Shown one piece after another: positions 28,724 through 38,148 of a stretch of 64,000 bases of DNA (its first letter is position 1; every line of letters starts with the position of its first letter). The notes under the pieces were generated by a model. It had not been told where the DNA came from. It saw only the letters and a program-made list of their open reading frames with translations, and ran no database searches. Origin of the DNA: an uncultured Spirochaetia bacterium (GTDB taxonomy: Bacteria; Spirochaetota; UBA4802; UBA5368); NCBI GenBank assembly GCA_937877025.1, contig CALEGE010000030.1, positions 34,647-98,646 on the forward strand, written 5' to 3'. Made by a program: the position numbers and the translations under genes.

Positions 28724-30370
28724 ATGGAGAAGAGAGCAGTTGTTGCGATTGTACTTTCACTGATGGTATGGCTTGTATGGTCGTATCTGTTTATCAAGCC
28801 GGAGACCCCGCTACAAACTCCTCCGACGGTAAAGAAGGAAGAAGCGGTACAACCCCAGAAAAAGGCTGAGACGCCTTTTGTGTCGATAACCGCCGTACAG
28901 CGCGTTGAGACAGTCGAAAAAGAGATTCGCATAACGCATAAAAACCACATCATAACGCTGACGAACAGGGGCGGATCGATTAAAAGTTATCTCTATAAAT
29001 ATAATGGCCGGGAAATAGAACTGGTTGTCTCGCAGAACAAGTTTAACGCACGGGGCGTTTTTGATTTTGGACTCTACATGAACGATACTGAATTTATGAC
29101 CTCCGGCGAGTTGGATGATGCGCTCTGGAGCGTTACACAGCCTTCGGAAAACGAGGTTACATTTTATGCAACCGTGCTTGTTCACGGTGAACGGCTTCGG
29201 GTGGAAAAAAAGTATTCGTTTGTGAGCGAGGGGAATTATTTTACGTTAACCTTCAACCTGGTTAACGGAGGAAACAAAGAGATCCGCATGCCTGCCGGAC
29301 ATGCGATAGTTGCGCCTGCGGATTTTCTCGGGCCATCGGTTGATTTCGAAAATACGTACAATCAATTAAACAGCATTTATTATATTGATAACGATTTCAA
29401 TAAAGAGTCAAAGGGCGGGGGATTTTTCTCAAAACCCACTGATCTGAAACAGGTAAATGGTGACACTGGGTGGGTTGGCATAATGAGCAGATATTTTCTG
29501 ATCATTATGGTGCCTGATAAATTTTCCGGCACCGGCGTTATCGCCGATAACAGAAAGGAAACTGGCTTCAGAACCGGTATGTACGTGCCGTTCGAGCCGA
29601 TCAAACCGGGCGCGTCACAGTCACGATCGTTTAAAGTGTATATCGGCGAAAAGAACAAGGGCAAGCTTGCGTCGATATCTGAAAACCTTATCGACGCGGC
29701 GGATGTAAGCAAATGGATCGAGCCGATACGGGATTTTCTTATATGGTCGCTGATGAAGATCAACATATTGTTTGGAAACTTCGGATGGTCGCTGGTGATC
29801 TTTTCACTGCTGACAAAACTGGTGTTTTTGCCGTTGACGCAGAAATCGACACAGTCAATGAAGAAGCTTCATGAGCTGACCCCGCAGATCAACGAATTGC
29901 GGGAGAAGTACAAGGAAAAACCGGAAATTCTTAATAAAAAAATCATGGAGATCTACAAGAAGAACAAGGTCAATCCGGCGAGCGGGTGCCTGCCGATATT
30001 GGTGCAGATGCCGTTTTTCTTTGCGCTTTACAGCGCATTGATCAATTCGATTGATCTCTGGCAGGCGCCGTTTGTTCTGTGGATGAAAGACCTTTCGCTT
30101 CCAGATACTATTTTCCACATTGCCGGTTTCAATGTCAATGTGCTGCCGGTGTTGATGACATTGACAACGTATCTGCAGCAGAAAATGTCCACTGTCGAGA
30201 CAACGGGACAGCAGAAGGTTATGCTCATGCTTATGCCGTTTATTTTTATCGTTATTTTCTGGAATATGCCGTCGGGGTTGGTGCTCTACTGGATTATGCA
30301 GAATGTTCTGCAGATTCTGCATCAGCTGTATATCAACAAGCGCGATGAAAAAAAGGAATCTGCCGCATAG
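28724..30370 (+). CDS. yidC: Membrane protein insertase YidC
   Basis: N-terminal TM, periplasmic domain, 'NPASGCLPILVQMPFFFALY', 'WMKDLSLPD', 'PSGLVLYW'. Confidence 0.96.
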   Translation: MEKRAVVAIVLSLMVWLVWSYLFIKPETPLQTPPTVKKEEAVQPQKKAETPFVSITAVQRVETVEKEIRITHKNHIITLTNRGGSIKSYLYKYNGREIELVVSQNKFNARGVFDFGLYMNDTEFMTSGELDDALWSVTQPSENEVTFYATVLVHGERLRVEKKYSFVSEGNYFTLTFNLVNGGNKEIRMPAGHAIVAPADFLGPSVDFENTYNQLNSIYYIDNDFNKESKGGGFFSKPTDLKQVNGDTGWVGIMSRYFLIIMVPDKFSGTGVIADNRKETGFRTGMYVPFEPIKPGASQSRSFKVYIGEKNKGKLASISENLIDAADVSKWIEPIRDFLIWSLMKINILFGNFGWSLVIFSLLTKLVFLPLTQKSTQSMKKLHELTPQINELREKYKEKPEILNKKIMEIYKKNKVNPASGCLPILVQMPFFFALYSALINSIDLWQAPFVLWMKDLSLPDTIFHIAGFNVNVLPVLMTLTTYLQQKMSTVETTGQQKVMLMLMPFIFIVIFWNMPSGLVLYWIMQNVLQILHQLYINKRDEKKESAA

Positions 30371-30447
30371 CCGTCTCAGGACAGGGAGAAAAAATATGTC
30401 AGATTGATCCATGGAGTTATCCAATATTATTTTTCGAGGAGGCGTAT

Positions 30448-31083
30448 ATGAAGGTGTTCGAGATTGAGGGGAAAACGGTTGATGACGCGACGCGAAAAGC
30501 AATGGCCGAGCTTAATATTACCGATATCGAAAAAACCAGGGTTGAAGTGATTGACCAGGGGAAAAGCGGCATTTTCGGTTTTGGCGTTTCCCGCCCCGCG
30601 AAAATCAGGGTGTATTACAGTGACACCACCGCGGATGTCGGCGATACGACAAAGGAGATACTGCTTACAATTTTAAAAAAGATGGGCATCGAGGGGTCGG
30701 TAAAGGATTTGAAAGAAGGCGAAAACAAGGTGTATATTGAAATGGAAAGCCCTCGTTCCGGACTGGTTATTGGCAAAAAGGGAAAGACGCTGGAGGCGTT
30801 GCAATTTCTTGTGAATCTGATGGTGAACCATCGGACGAAAAGCGACAAAAAGATTATCCTCGATATTGAGCAATACCGGGCAAAAAGGGAAAAGGCGCTG
30901 AGAAAGCTCTCCCGGGATATTGCGATGAAGGTGAGCAAGACAGGGAGGCCGTGGACGCTTGAACCGATGAATCCGTTCGAGCGGCGATTGATACACCTTA
31001 CATTGCAAAATGACGCCCGCGTGACGACGAAAAGCGAAGGCCAGGGAATATATAGAAAGGTAAAAATATCACCAAAGCAGTAA
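30448..31083 (+). CDS. jag: Jag/EloR/KhpB RNA-binding protein
   Basis: Jag-N 'EGKTVDDA', KH 'IGKKGKTLEALQ', R3H 'PMNPFERRLIH'. Confidence 0.95.
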   Translation: MKVFEIEGKTVDDATRKAMAELNITDIEKTRVEVIDQGKSGIFGFGVSRPAKIRVYYSDTTADVGDTTKEILLTILKKMGIEGSVKDLKEGENKVYIEMESPRSGLVIGKKGKTLEALQFLVNLMVNHRTKSDKKIILDIEQYRAKREKALRKLSRDIAMKVSKTGRPWTLEPMNPFERRLIHLTLQNDARVTTKSEGQGIYRKVKISPKQ

Positions 31084-31093
31084 AGGGTAGAGT

Positions 31094-32449
31094 ATGCTCG
31101 ACGATACGATTTGCGCGCCGGCCACGCCGCCGGTGATATCATCTCTGGCAATTCTTCGGATAAGCGGCCCCGGCACAACCGGGGCCGTTCGTTCTGTTTT
31201 CAGCAATGCGGATAAGGCGCATCCGCGACGCGCTGTCTACGGATCGATACTGGATGGCGCAGAGGTGATTGACGATGTGATTGTCGTGACATATCAATCG
31301 CCCGCAAGCTTTACCGGCGAGGATTCCGCGGAGATTATCTGTCATGGGAATCCGATCGTCGTGAATAAAATACTCGCGCTGCTTTTGAGGCACGGCCTTC
31401 GAATGGCCGAGCCCGGAGAATTCAGCAAGCGGGCGTTTCTCAACGGGAAGATCGACCTTACCGAGGCGGAAGCAATAAACCACATCATTACGGCGCGAAG
31501 CGACTGGGAGATTAAGGCTTCCATCAGGCAGATGCACGGATCGTTAAAAAATCGTATCCACGAAATCCGTGACAGGCTGGTGCTGCTGAAGGCCGATATA
31601 GAATGCGGGATCGATTTCAGCGAAGAGGAGATCGAGTTTGTATCGTATAAGGATGCGGAGGCGCAAGTGCGTGAAATATCACGCCTGCTCGACGACATCG
31701 CCTACAGGTGCAGGATAGGCGAAAAAATAAGCCACGGCATTGACGTGCCCATCGTCGGAAAACCGAATGTCGGTAAATCCAGCATTCTTAATATGATTGT
31801 GAACGCTGAGCGGGCGATCGTTTCTGACACTCCCGGCACGACGAGGGACCTTATCAGGGAGAGCATACAGTTTGGGGGCCTGCGCCTCAATATCTTTGAT
31901 ACGGCCGGCATCGACGAACCGACATCGGACATCGAACGCATGGGGATAGAACTGAGCTTTAAAAAGATAGAAGCCGCATCCCTTGTGATTATGGTTGTTG
32001 ATGCTGCGTCGGGAATGCGGGAAGCGGACGAAAAAATATTTGATGCGTTGAAAGGGAAAAATACGATCGTGCTGCTGAACAAAACCGATATCGCACAGGA
32101 TGATGATATTGCGCGGCTGCGCTCCCGATTCGACTGCCCGACAATCCCGTTTTCGGCGCGTTCCGGGCGCGGGCTGAAGGAGCTTGAGAATGCGGTGACC
32201 GTCATGCTGAGGTCCGAATTCGCGAGCACGTCCGATTTTTTCGTCGCGGATATCCGCATGAGGGAGCTTCTGGGCGAGGCGATAGCCGCGGCAGGGGATG
32301 CGGCCGGGCTTTTGCGGGACAATGAACCGCCCGAGATAGCGGCGTTTCAGATACAGACGCTGATTGATACACTTGCGGAAATCACCGGGGAAATCACGCC
32401 TGATGATGTGCTCGAGTCCATCTTCAGCAGGTTCTGTATCGGAAAGTAA
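31094..32449 (+). CDS. mnmE: tRNA modification GTPase MnmE
   Basis: 'DTICAPATP', 'GEFSKRAFLNGKIDL', GKPNVGKSS, 'PGTTRD', DTAG, C-terminal FCIGK. Confidence 0.97.
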   Translation: MLDDTICAPATPPVISSLAILRISGPGTTGAVRSVFSNADKAHPRRAVYGSILDGAEVIDDVIVVTYQSPASFTGEDSAEIICHGNPIVVNKILALLLRHGLRMAEPGEFSKRAFLNGKIDLTEAEAINHIITARSDWEIKASIRQMHGSLKNRIHEIRDRLVLLKADIECGIDFSEEEIEFVSYKDAEAQVREISRLLDDIAYRCRIGEKISHGIDVPIVGKPNVGKSSILNMIVNAERAIVSDTPGTTRDLIRESIQFGGLRLNIFDTAGIDEPTSDIERMGIELSFKKIEAASLVIMVVDAASGMREADEKIFDALKGKNTIVLLNKTDIAQDDDIARLRSRFDCPTIPFSARSGRGLKELENAVTVMLRSEFASTSDFFVADIRMRELLGEAIAAAGDAAGLLRDNEPPEIAAFQIQTLIDTLAEITGEITPDDVLESIFSRFCIGK

Positions 32450-32471
32450 TAACAGGAAAGACGTGTGCGTT

Positions 32472-33434
32472 TCATGGCGACGCGTATTTTTTTAACACGG
32501 GATCGCCCGCGATAATGTCCCTGTAAACCGGCGCAGCCGCGTCTTTGAAGCCGGTCGGATCTTTTTCCTCCGAGGTCAAGCGTCGTATAAATTCCGCGCA
32601 ATAGATTTCCGCAGCACGGCTGTCGCCTGACAGTTCGCTGATGCGCGCCGCCCTGTAAAGCACGTAACATCTGTCCCGAAGCGGAAGCTCGGTTTTAAGA
32701 AGGCCGTTTACTATGTCCATGGCGGGTGCGTACTCGCGATTTTTTTCCATTACAGCGATACGCCGTAATCGCGGCGGAATACCGGATGCGGCATCTTTCA
32801 CAGATAGAAAATCCATCTCATCGCGTATGGCAATCAACGTTTTACCGGGGGCATTGGAGAGGGACGCAACGATTTTTTGAAATCGGGGGAGGGGCCGCAG
32901 TGCGTTAAAACCCGGCTCTGACATCAGAAGCGCTTTCGAGTCAAAGCCATGCGTGCGCGCAGCTTCCAGGTATTGCAGGGCGCCTTCGCTGTCATTGCGC
33001 TGGCAGCATGCCAGCGATATCTCATAATATGCCCATTGCGAGCCGCTGCCGGGCGCGGCGGATTGCAGAAGCGTGAATGCGCGGGCGGGATCGGTTCGCC
33101 GGTACAGATCGTACAGGTATGAAAGGGCAAGCGGTTCATACTCTTTGAGCGATGTCGTATAATAGCTGACGGCATCATCGCTGCGTTTTTCATTCATAAA
33201 AATTACGCCGTGATTAATCAACGCATGCCGTCTGTATGCGGTGTTTTTTTGCAGATGTTGAATCCGGGCAAGCGCCCTGTTTCTCTCCCCTCCGTAATAT
33301 TTGTAAAATACGTCATGAAATGGAGATACGCGAGTGGCTGCGCCGGATGGTTCGGATACGCTGGTGGAGTCGCCCGGAAAAAAGATGCATGCGGCGATGA
33401 AAAGCAGCGGTATGTGGACTGCGCGAAGCTTCAT
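32472..33434 (-). CDS. Exported TPR-like helical protein
   Basis: Hydrophobic N-terminus; 'YYEISLACC...ALQYLEAARTHGF...EPGFNALRPLPRFQKIV' resembles the TPR end-of-group cap. Confidence 0.7.
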   Translation of the reverse strand: MKLRAVHIPLLFIAACIFFPGDSTSVSEPSGAATRVSPFHDVFYKYYGGERNRALARIQHLQKNTAYRRHALINHGVIFMNEKRSDDAVSYYTTSLKEYEPLALSYLYDLYRRTDPARAFTLLQSAAPGSGSQWAYYEISLACCQRNDSEGALQYLEAARTHGFDSKALLMSEPGFNALRPLPRFQKIVASLSNAPGKTLIAIRDEMDFLSVKDAASGIPPRLRRIAVMEKNREYAPAMDIVNGLLKTELPLRDRCYVLYRAARISELSGDSRAAEIYCAEFIRRLTSEEKDPTGFKDAAAPVYRDIIAGDPVLKKYASP

Positions 33435-33538
33435 GTGGTTCCCGTATTAAGAAAAAACTGTTGAAAAGACCTTGAAAAGAATATACAGATTCTATGACGA
33501 ATGCAATCAGCTTCAAGTGTTTTTTGTGAGCGGGGCAT

Positions 33539-34408
33539 ATGCGAAATAAAGTGAAAAGATCATGGGAATCGGCCCTTGTGTGTCTTTCCGCACTGGCGAT
33601 TGTTGCGGGGTGTGCAGCGTCGAAAGGCGCGGTTCGGCATAACGATATTATTGACAGCCGTGAAGGCGCTCTGCCGGTTGCGTTGCGTTTTCCTGATGGC
33701 GTAACGCAGCTGCGTGAAGGCGAGCGCCTGAAACTTGAAGCCCGAAAGGAAAAATCGCTTAACGATCTGTGGGCGCTGACGCGGTACCGTCATTGCGATG
33801 CAACGGAGGATGGGCATCTCGATGCCGCGCTTGCGGGCTACGGGACGATCATTGCGATGGATGCGGCATCGGCGCCGCTTGCGTGGAATAATATCGCGTG
33901 CGTGTATATTGTTCAAGGGAGATATCGTGATGCGGAGTTGATGCTGCAATCGAGCATCAGCGCGCGCGAGGCCGTTATCAATGCATATTATAATCTTTAC
34001 ATATTATATAAATACTCGACGCGGACGGAGGATGGCGTTCGCGTTCTCATGCTTATGAAAGAGCGTTTCCCGGAGAGCATATTCGCGCAGGTAGAGCTCG
34101 GGGACATCTTTATGGAAAAGGGCGATTTCGTGACAGCGGAAAATTTTTATCGCGAGAGCCTTGCCGCCGACGCTGATAGCCCGGTTCCGCTGTACAGGAT
34201 GGCGCGGCTCAAGGAACACACGGGCGGCTATGCGGAGGCCGAACACTATTATGACCTGTGTATCCGTAAATTTCCGTATTTCCACTACGCCTATCTCGAT
34301 TATTCCAATATGCTGTTATCGCTCAACCAAAAGGAAAAGGCGCGAAAGATCCTCAATAAGGGCATTAAAAAAATGCAAATAAAGCAGACGGAACTCGTAT
34401 TTCCATGA
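33539..34408 (+). CDS. TPR-repeat lipoprotein
   Basis: Lipobox VAGC; TPRs (AWNNIAC, AYYNLY, VELGDIF); ATGA overlap with the next gene. Confidence 0.82.
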   Translation: MRNKVKRSWESALVCLSALAIVAGCAASKGAVRHNDIIDSREGALPVALRFPDGVTQLREGERLKLEARKEKSLNDLWALTRYRHCDATEDGHLDAALAGYGTIIAMDAASAPLAWNNIACVYIVQGRYRDAELMLQSSISAREAVINAYYNLYILYKYSTRTEDGVRVLMLMKERFPESIFAQVELGDIFMEKGDFVTAENFYRESLAADADSPVPLYRMARLKEHTGGYAEAEHYYDLCIRKFPYFHYAYLDYSNMLLSLNQKEKARKILNKGIKKMQIKQTELVFP

Positions 34409-37400
34409 TGTGGCACTCCGAAAAATTCGTGAAGAGACGCGGCTGTGCAGCGCGCGCCCTGTGTTGCGTGCCGGTGCTCCTGCTTTTATGCGCGCCGCAA
34501 ATGTTTGCGGCGGAATATTTTCCGCCCGAGAAAAAATATCTTGCCGAAAAATCCGCCGGAAACTACAGGGCCGCCCTCGATATCCTTCTTCAATGGACCG
34601 AGTCGATAGACGATCCCGCCCTGGCGGAGATAAACGTATTCAGAATACGGGAGCTCGTTCATTATCCGGAACTTGCGGGTGCCGCGCTCGATGACCTGGA
34701 CAAAATTCTCAGCGCGGATAACGCCGCATCGCGCACTCCCGGCGTACGCGATAGAATTATGCTGTTTAAAAACAGGCTTCTGCTTCCCCGCGGCGATATA
34801 TTGGCGGCGCGGGCGGTTCTCGGCGCCCTCGGCGTTGTACAGTCGTATACAATCATCGGGCCGTTTGCCAATGAAGGAATCGGCGATTTTGAAATCTCGC
34901 ATGCCCCGGAACATGCCGCGCCGGACGGCGAGCGGTATCCCGGAAAATTGCATCCGGTTCACTGGTTTGAGACGCGCCCGAATCATTACGGAGCCGTTGA
35001 TATTAATGAGCTTATGTTGCCCGCATCGGCGGGGCTCTATTATTTTTCCGCTGACATATCCATTCACGAGAAGGGCCTTTACACCGTGCACCTGGGAAAG
35101 ACCGGATACACGGACATCTGGCTGGACGGCGGTTTGATTTTTCGAAACCGGCGGCGCCATTCGTTCTGCGAAGATCAATACGCGCTGAATGTGTACATGA
35201 CCGAAGGCCGCCACAGGCTGCTTGTAAAAACAGGCGATTCAACATCGGGCGGGATACGATTCTTTATGCGTATCGCCGCTGCCGATACGGCAGACCCGGC
35301 GGCCGGTCCGTCGGGGGTAAAAGTGGCTGCGCCGGCTATGCCTTCCGATCGGGTTTTTTTCCGACCCCTGAATGCCCTGGTGCGGCGTGGGCCGCTGTCG
35401 CCGCGTGAATCCTTTCTGGCCGGGTACCTGTATTTCTCTTCCGGGCTGAGCAGCGAGGAGGCGCGCGAATCGGCTGATTATTTTTCCAGCGCGCGGGGTG
35501 ATCCGGAGTGGGCGGCGGCCGCCTGTTTTTATCTCGGCGCGATGGAGTCGGGCAGCGAGGAAAAGGAATTCTATCTGAAAAAGGCTGCCGAATCTGGCGG
35601 CCGTCTTGAATCGCTTGAGCAGATCGCGCTGTTGAAATTGCGCGGCGGCTTCACGTATGAGGCGGCATCGGTAATTGAGCAGATGAAGCGTCTGCATGCC
35701 GGATCGCCGGCGGTGCGCGGCGCCGAGGCGGAGCTGTGTATGCGGCTCGGGTGGTATGACGAGGCGTTGCGAATATCGCATGATTTGATACAGTCGGGGT
35801 TCCCCTCCGCCGGCTACGCAATCGACGCCGGTGTGGCGGTTGCGAGGAGCAGGTATGCACGCGCCGCCGAATCGTATGAAAAGGTATATGAGGCTGACCG
35901 CGGGAGCGAATCGCATGCGCTTGCGCTGGCCGGCTGTTATGAGAAGGCGGGCGACCTCGCAAAAGCGAGGCGGACGCTTGAGGGCGCGCTGGCGTCATTT
36001 CCCGCGAGTGCGCCTGTCAGGATTCGGCTTGCGAATTGCGTGAAAAACCATGCCGGCAACGACGCTGCGTTTCCGTATTTTATGTCGGTGCTTGCCGTTT
36101 CGCCATATGAGGAAAACGCGCTGATCAATATCGGCATGGCCTACCATATCAGCGGACGGGATGAACTTGCGCTTCAGTATTTTCAAAGGGCCATGCTGTA
36201 CAATCCCAACAATTTTCAGATAAAACACTATATACAGATTCTCAAAAACGAATCGGATTATCTGGATGAATTCGCGGTGAAGGGCGACGCAATGATGCTT
36301 GCGAACGCCGCCTCGAATTACAGGGACGAAGCGGCCGTCATTGTGCTCGACGAATGCGGCATCAAGCTTGCCGCCGACGGTTCGTGCGAGAAGGCTGTCC
36401 GTAAAATAATAAAGATCAACGACGAGGAGGCGATAGACGATTTTTCGCGTCAGTATGTAGTTTTCAATCCTTTCAGCGACAGTGTGCGGGAGCTTCGGTG
36501 CACGGTGATTAACGGAGGACGCGCCATTGACGCGGTTGAAAGCTATACACAATCGCTTTCCGATCCGGAGAGCCGGATGTATTATGATATTCATGCAAAG
36601 GTAATAGCAGTTCCCGCGCTTCAGAAGGGAAGCATTATCGAGCTGCGATACAGAATCAGGAGCGTTGATCCGGATATCCGCCGCGGGTATTACGGCGAGC
36701 GCATTACGGCCGGGAGTGAATACAGAACGCTGAAAGCGAATTACAGCATCGGATGGCCCGAGCACATGACAATGTACTGTTACACGAAGAATTTCGGTGT
36801 GGCGAAAGCGCGCAAAATTCGAAGTGGCGGCAACATTGTCACGCGGATAGAGCTGGAGAATATTCCGCCGCACAAGAAGGAAGCGGCGATGCCCGGCCAG
36901 GCTGATTTTCTGCCGGGGGTAATCGTATCGACGCACAGGGACTGGCGCTCGATGCACAGGTGGTATGCCGCGCTGGTGAAAGACCGGATTGTACTCGACG
37001 GCGGTATGCGAAACGCGCTGTCATCAATTGTCGGGGTGCACGATGAACCGCTTGAAAAGGTGCGGAAGATTTTTACCCACATAAATGACAGCATACGCTA
37101 TGTAGGATTCGAGCTTGGCATGGGCGGCATAGTCCCCAGACGCGCGGATATTACGTATGCGTCAAAAATGGGAGACTGCAAGGATATTACGCTTGTGCTT
37201 GTCGCGATGCTCAGGGCCGCGGGCATTGATGCGCGCGTGGCGTTGTTGCGGACACGGGACAGGGGCGCTTTTGACGAGAGCATTCCGTTTCTCGGGCAGT
37301 TCAATCACGCGGTGTGTTATGTCAATTATAAGGGGGGATTTTTTCTTGATGCCACTGCGAAGATGAGCGGCTTTCTTGAATTGCCTTCCGACGACAGGGA

Positions 37401-38148
37401 TGTTGCCGCATTCGTATTTGACGAGCGCGGCTACAAATTTATTCGCACGACCGGTTCGCTGTACGTGCATAACAGCGATACAACGGACACGACAATTGTG
37501 CTGAACCCGGACGGGGGTGCGGCGATCGTCCGCATGCTTGTGAAGGAGGGTTCTTTCGCCAGACGGGCCCGTTACGAATTGATCGATGCGGACGGCAAGC
37601 TCGCGCAGATAGGGGGCTTCTGGAACGAACGGTTTAAGGGCGCGACAGTGAGCGGCCTGACAGTTATTTCCCGGGATTATGATAGTCCGGTACGCTACAG
37701 CTACCGGGTGAACATCCCGTCGTTTTATTCCACAACCGGGAATGACGTGATTATCATGAAGTCGTTTATCTCCCAATCGGATTACTATAAAGAAAACGCA
37801 ATGATTCGTGAAAGGAATTTTCCGCTTGTGCTCTCGGGTCTCTGGGTGACCGGTGAAACAATCGCGTATCATATCCCGGCGGGAATGACCGTTACACGGT
37901 TGCCAAAAAGCGAAAAACGAAGCTATAAAAAATATGAAGCGAGTTTCGAGTATTTGCTACAGGGGAATGTCATCCTGGTACGGTCGCGCCTGTCCTTCAG
38001 GGATTATATGATTACGCCGGAAGAATATGCACAGTTCAGGGATTTTGCGCTGTTCGTCAGCCGCAAGGAAAATGAACGGATCATTCTACAGGTCACGAAG
38101 AAAAAAACAACGGGGGCGAAGGGTGCGAACGATCGTCTGGCGGATTAA
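34405..38148 (+). CDS. Exported TPR + DUF3857 + transglutaminase-like (Cys-His-Asp intact) + DUF3858-like protein
   Basis: Signal peptide; beta-sandwich 'IIGPFAN...IWLDG...GRHRLLVK'; TPRs; 'IRYVGFELG...GDCKD...FNHAVCYV...FLDAT'. Confidence 0.85.
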   Translation: MMWHSEKFVKRRGCAARALCCVPVLLLLCAPQMFAAEYFPPEKKYLAEKSAGNYRAALDILLQWTESIDDPALAEINVFRIRELVHYPELAGAALDDLDKILSADNAASRTPGVRDRIMLFKNRLLLPRGDILAARAVLGALGVVQSYTIIGPFANEGIGDFEISHAPEHAAPDGERYPGKLHPVHWFETRPNHYGAVDINELMLPASAGLYYFSADISIHEKGLYTVHLGKTGYTDIWLDGGLIFRNRRRHSFCEDQYALNVYMTEGRHRLLVKTGDSTSGGIRFFMRIAAADTADPAAGPSGVKVAAPAMPSDRVFFRPLNALVRRGPLSPRESFLAGYLYFSSGLSSEEARESADYFSSARGDPEWAAAACFYLGAMESGSEEKEFYLKKAAESGGRLESLEQIALLKLRGGFTYEAASVIEQMKRLHAGSPAVRGAEAELCMRLGWYDEALRISHDLIQSGFPSAGYAIDAGVAVARSRYARAAESYEKVYEADRGSESHALALAGCYEKAGDLAKARRTLEGALASFPASAPVRIRLANCVKNHAGNDAAFPYFMSVLAVSPYEENALINIGMAYHISGRDELALQYFQRAMLYNPNNFQIKHYIQILKNESDYLDEFAVKGDAMMLANAASNYRDEAAVIVLDECGIKLAADGSCEKAVRKIIKINDEEAIDDFSRQYVVFNPFSDSVRELRCTVINGGRAIDAVESYTQSLSDPESRMYYDIHAKVIAVPALQKGSIIELRYRIRSVDPDIRRGYYGERITAGSEYRTLKANYSIGWPEHMTMYCYTKNFGVAKARKIRSGGNIVTRIELENIPPHKKEAAMPGQADFLPGVIVSTHRDWRSMHRWYAALVKDRIVLDGGMRNALSSIVGVHDEPLEKVRKIFTHINDSIRYVGFELGMGGIVPRRADITYASKMGDCKDITLVLVAMLRAAGIDARVALLRTRDRGAFDESIPFLGQFNHAVCYVNYKGGFFLDATAKMSGFLELPSDDRDVAAFVFDERGYKFIRTTGSLYVHNSDTTDTTIVLNPDGGAAIVRMLVKEGSFARRARYELIDADGKLAQIGGFWNERFKGATVSGLTVISRDYDSPVRYSYRVNIPSFYSTTGNDVIIMKSFISQSDYYKENAMIRERNFPLVLSGLWVTGETIAYHIPAGMTVTRLPKSEKRSYKKYEASFEYLLQGNVILVRSRLSFRDYMITPEEYAQFRDFALFVSRKENERIILQVTKKKTTGAKGANDRLAD

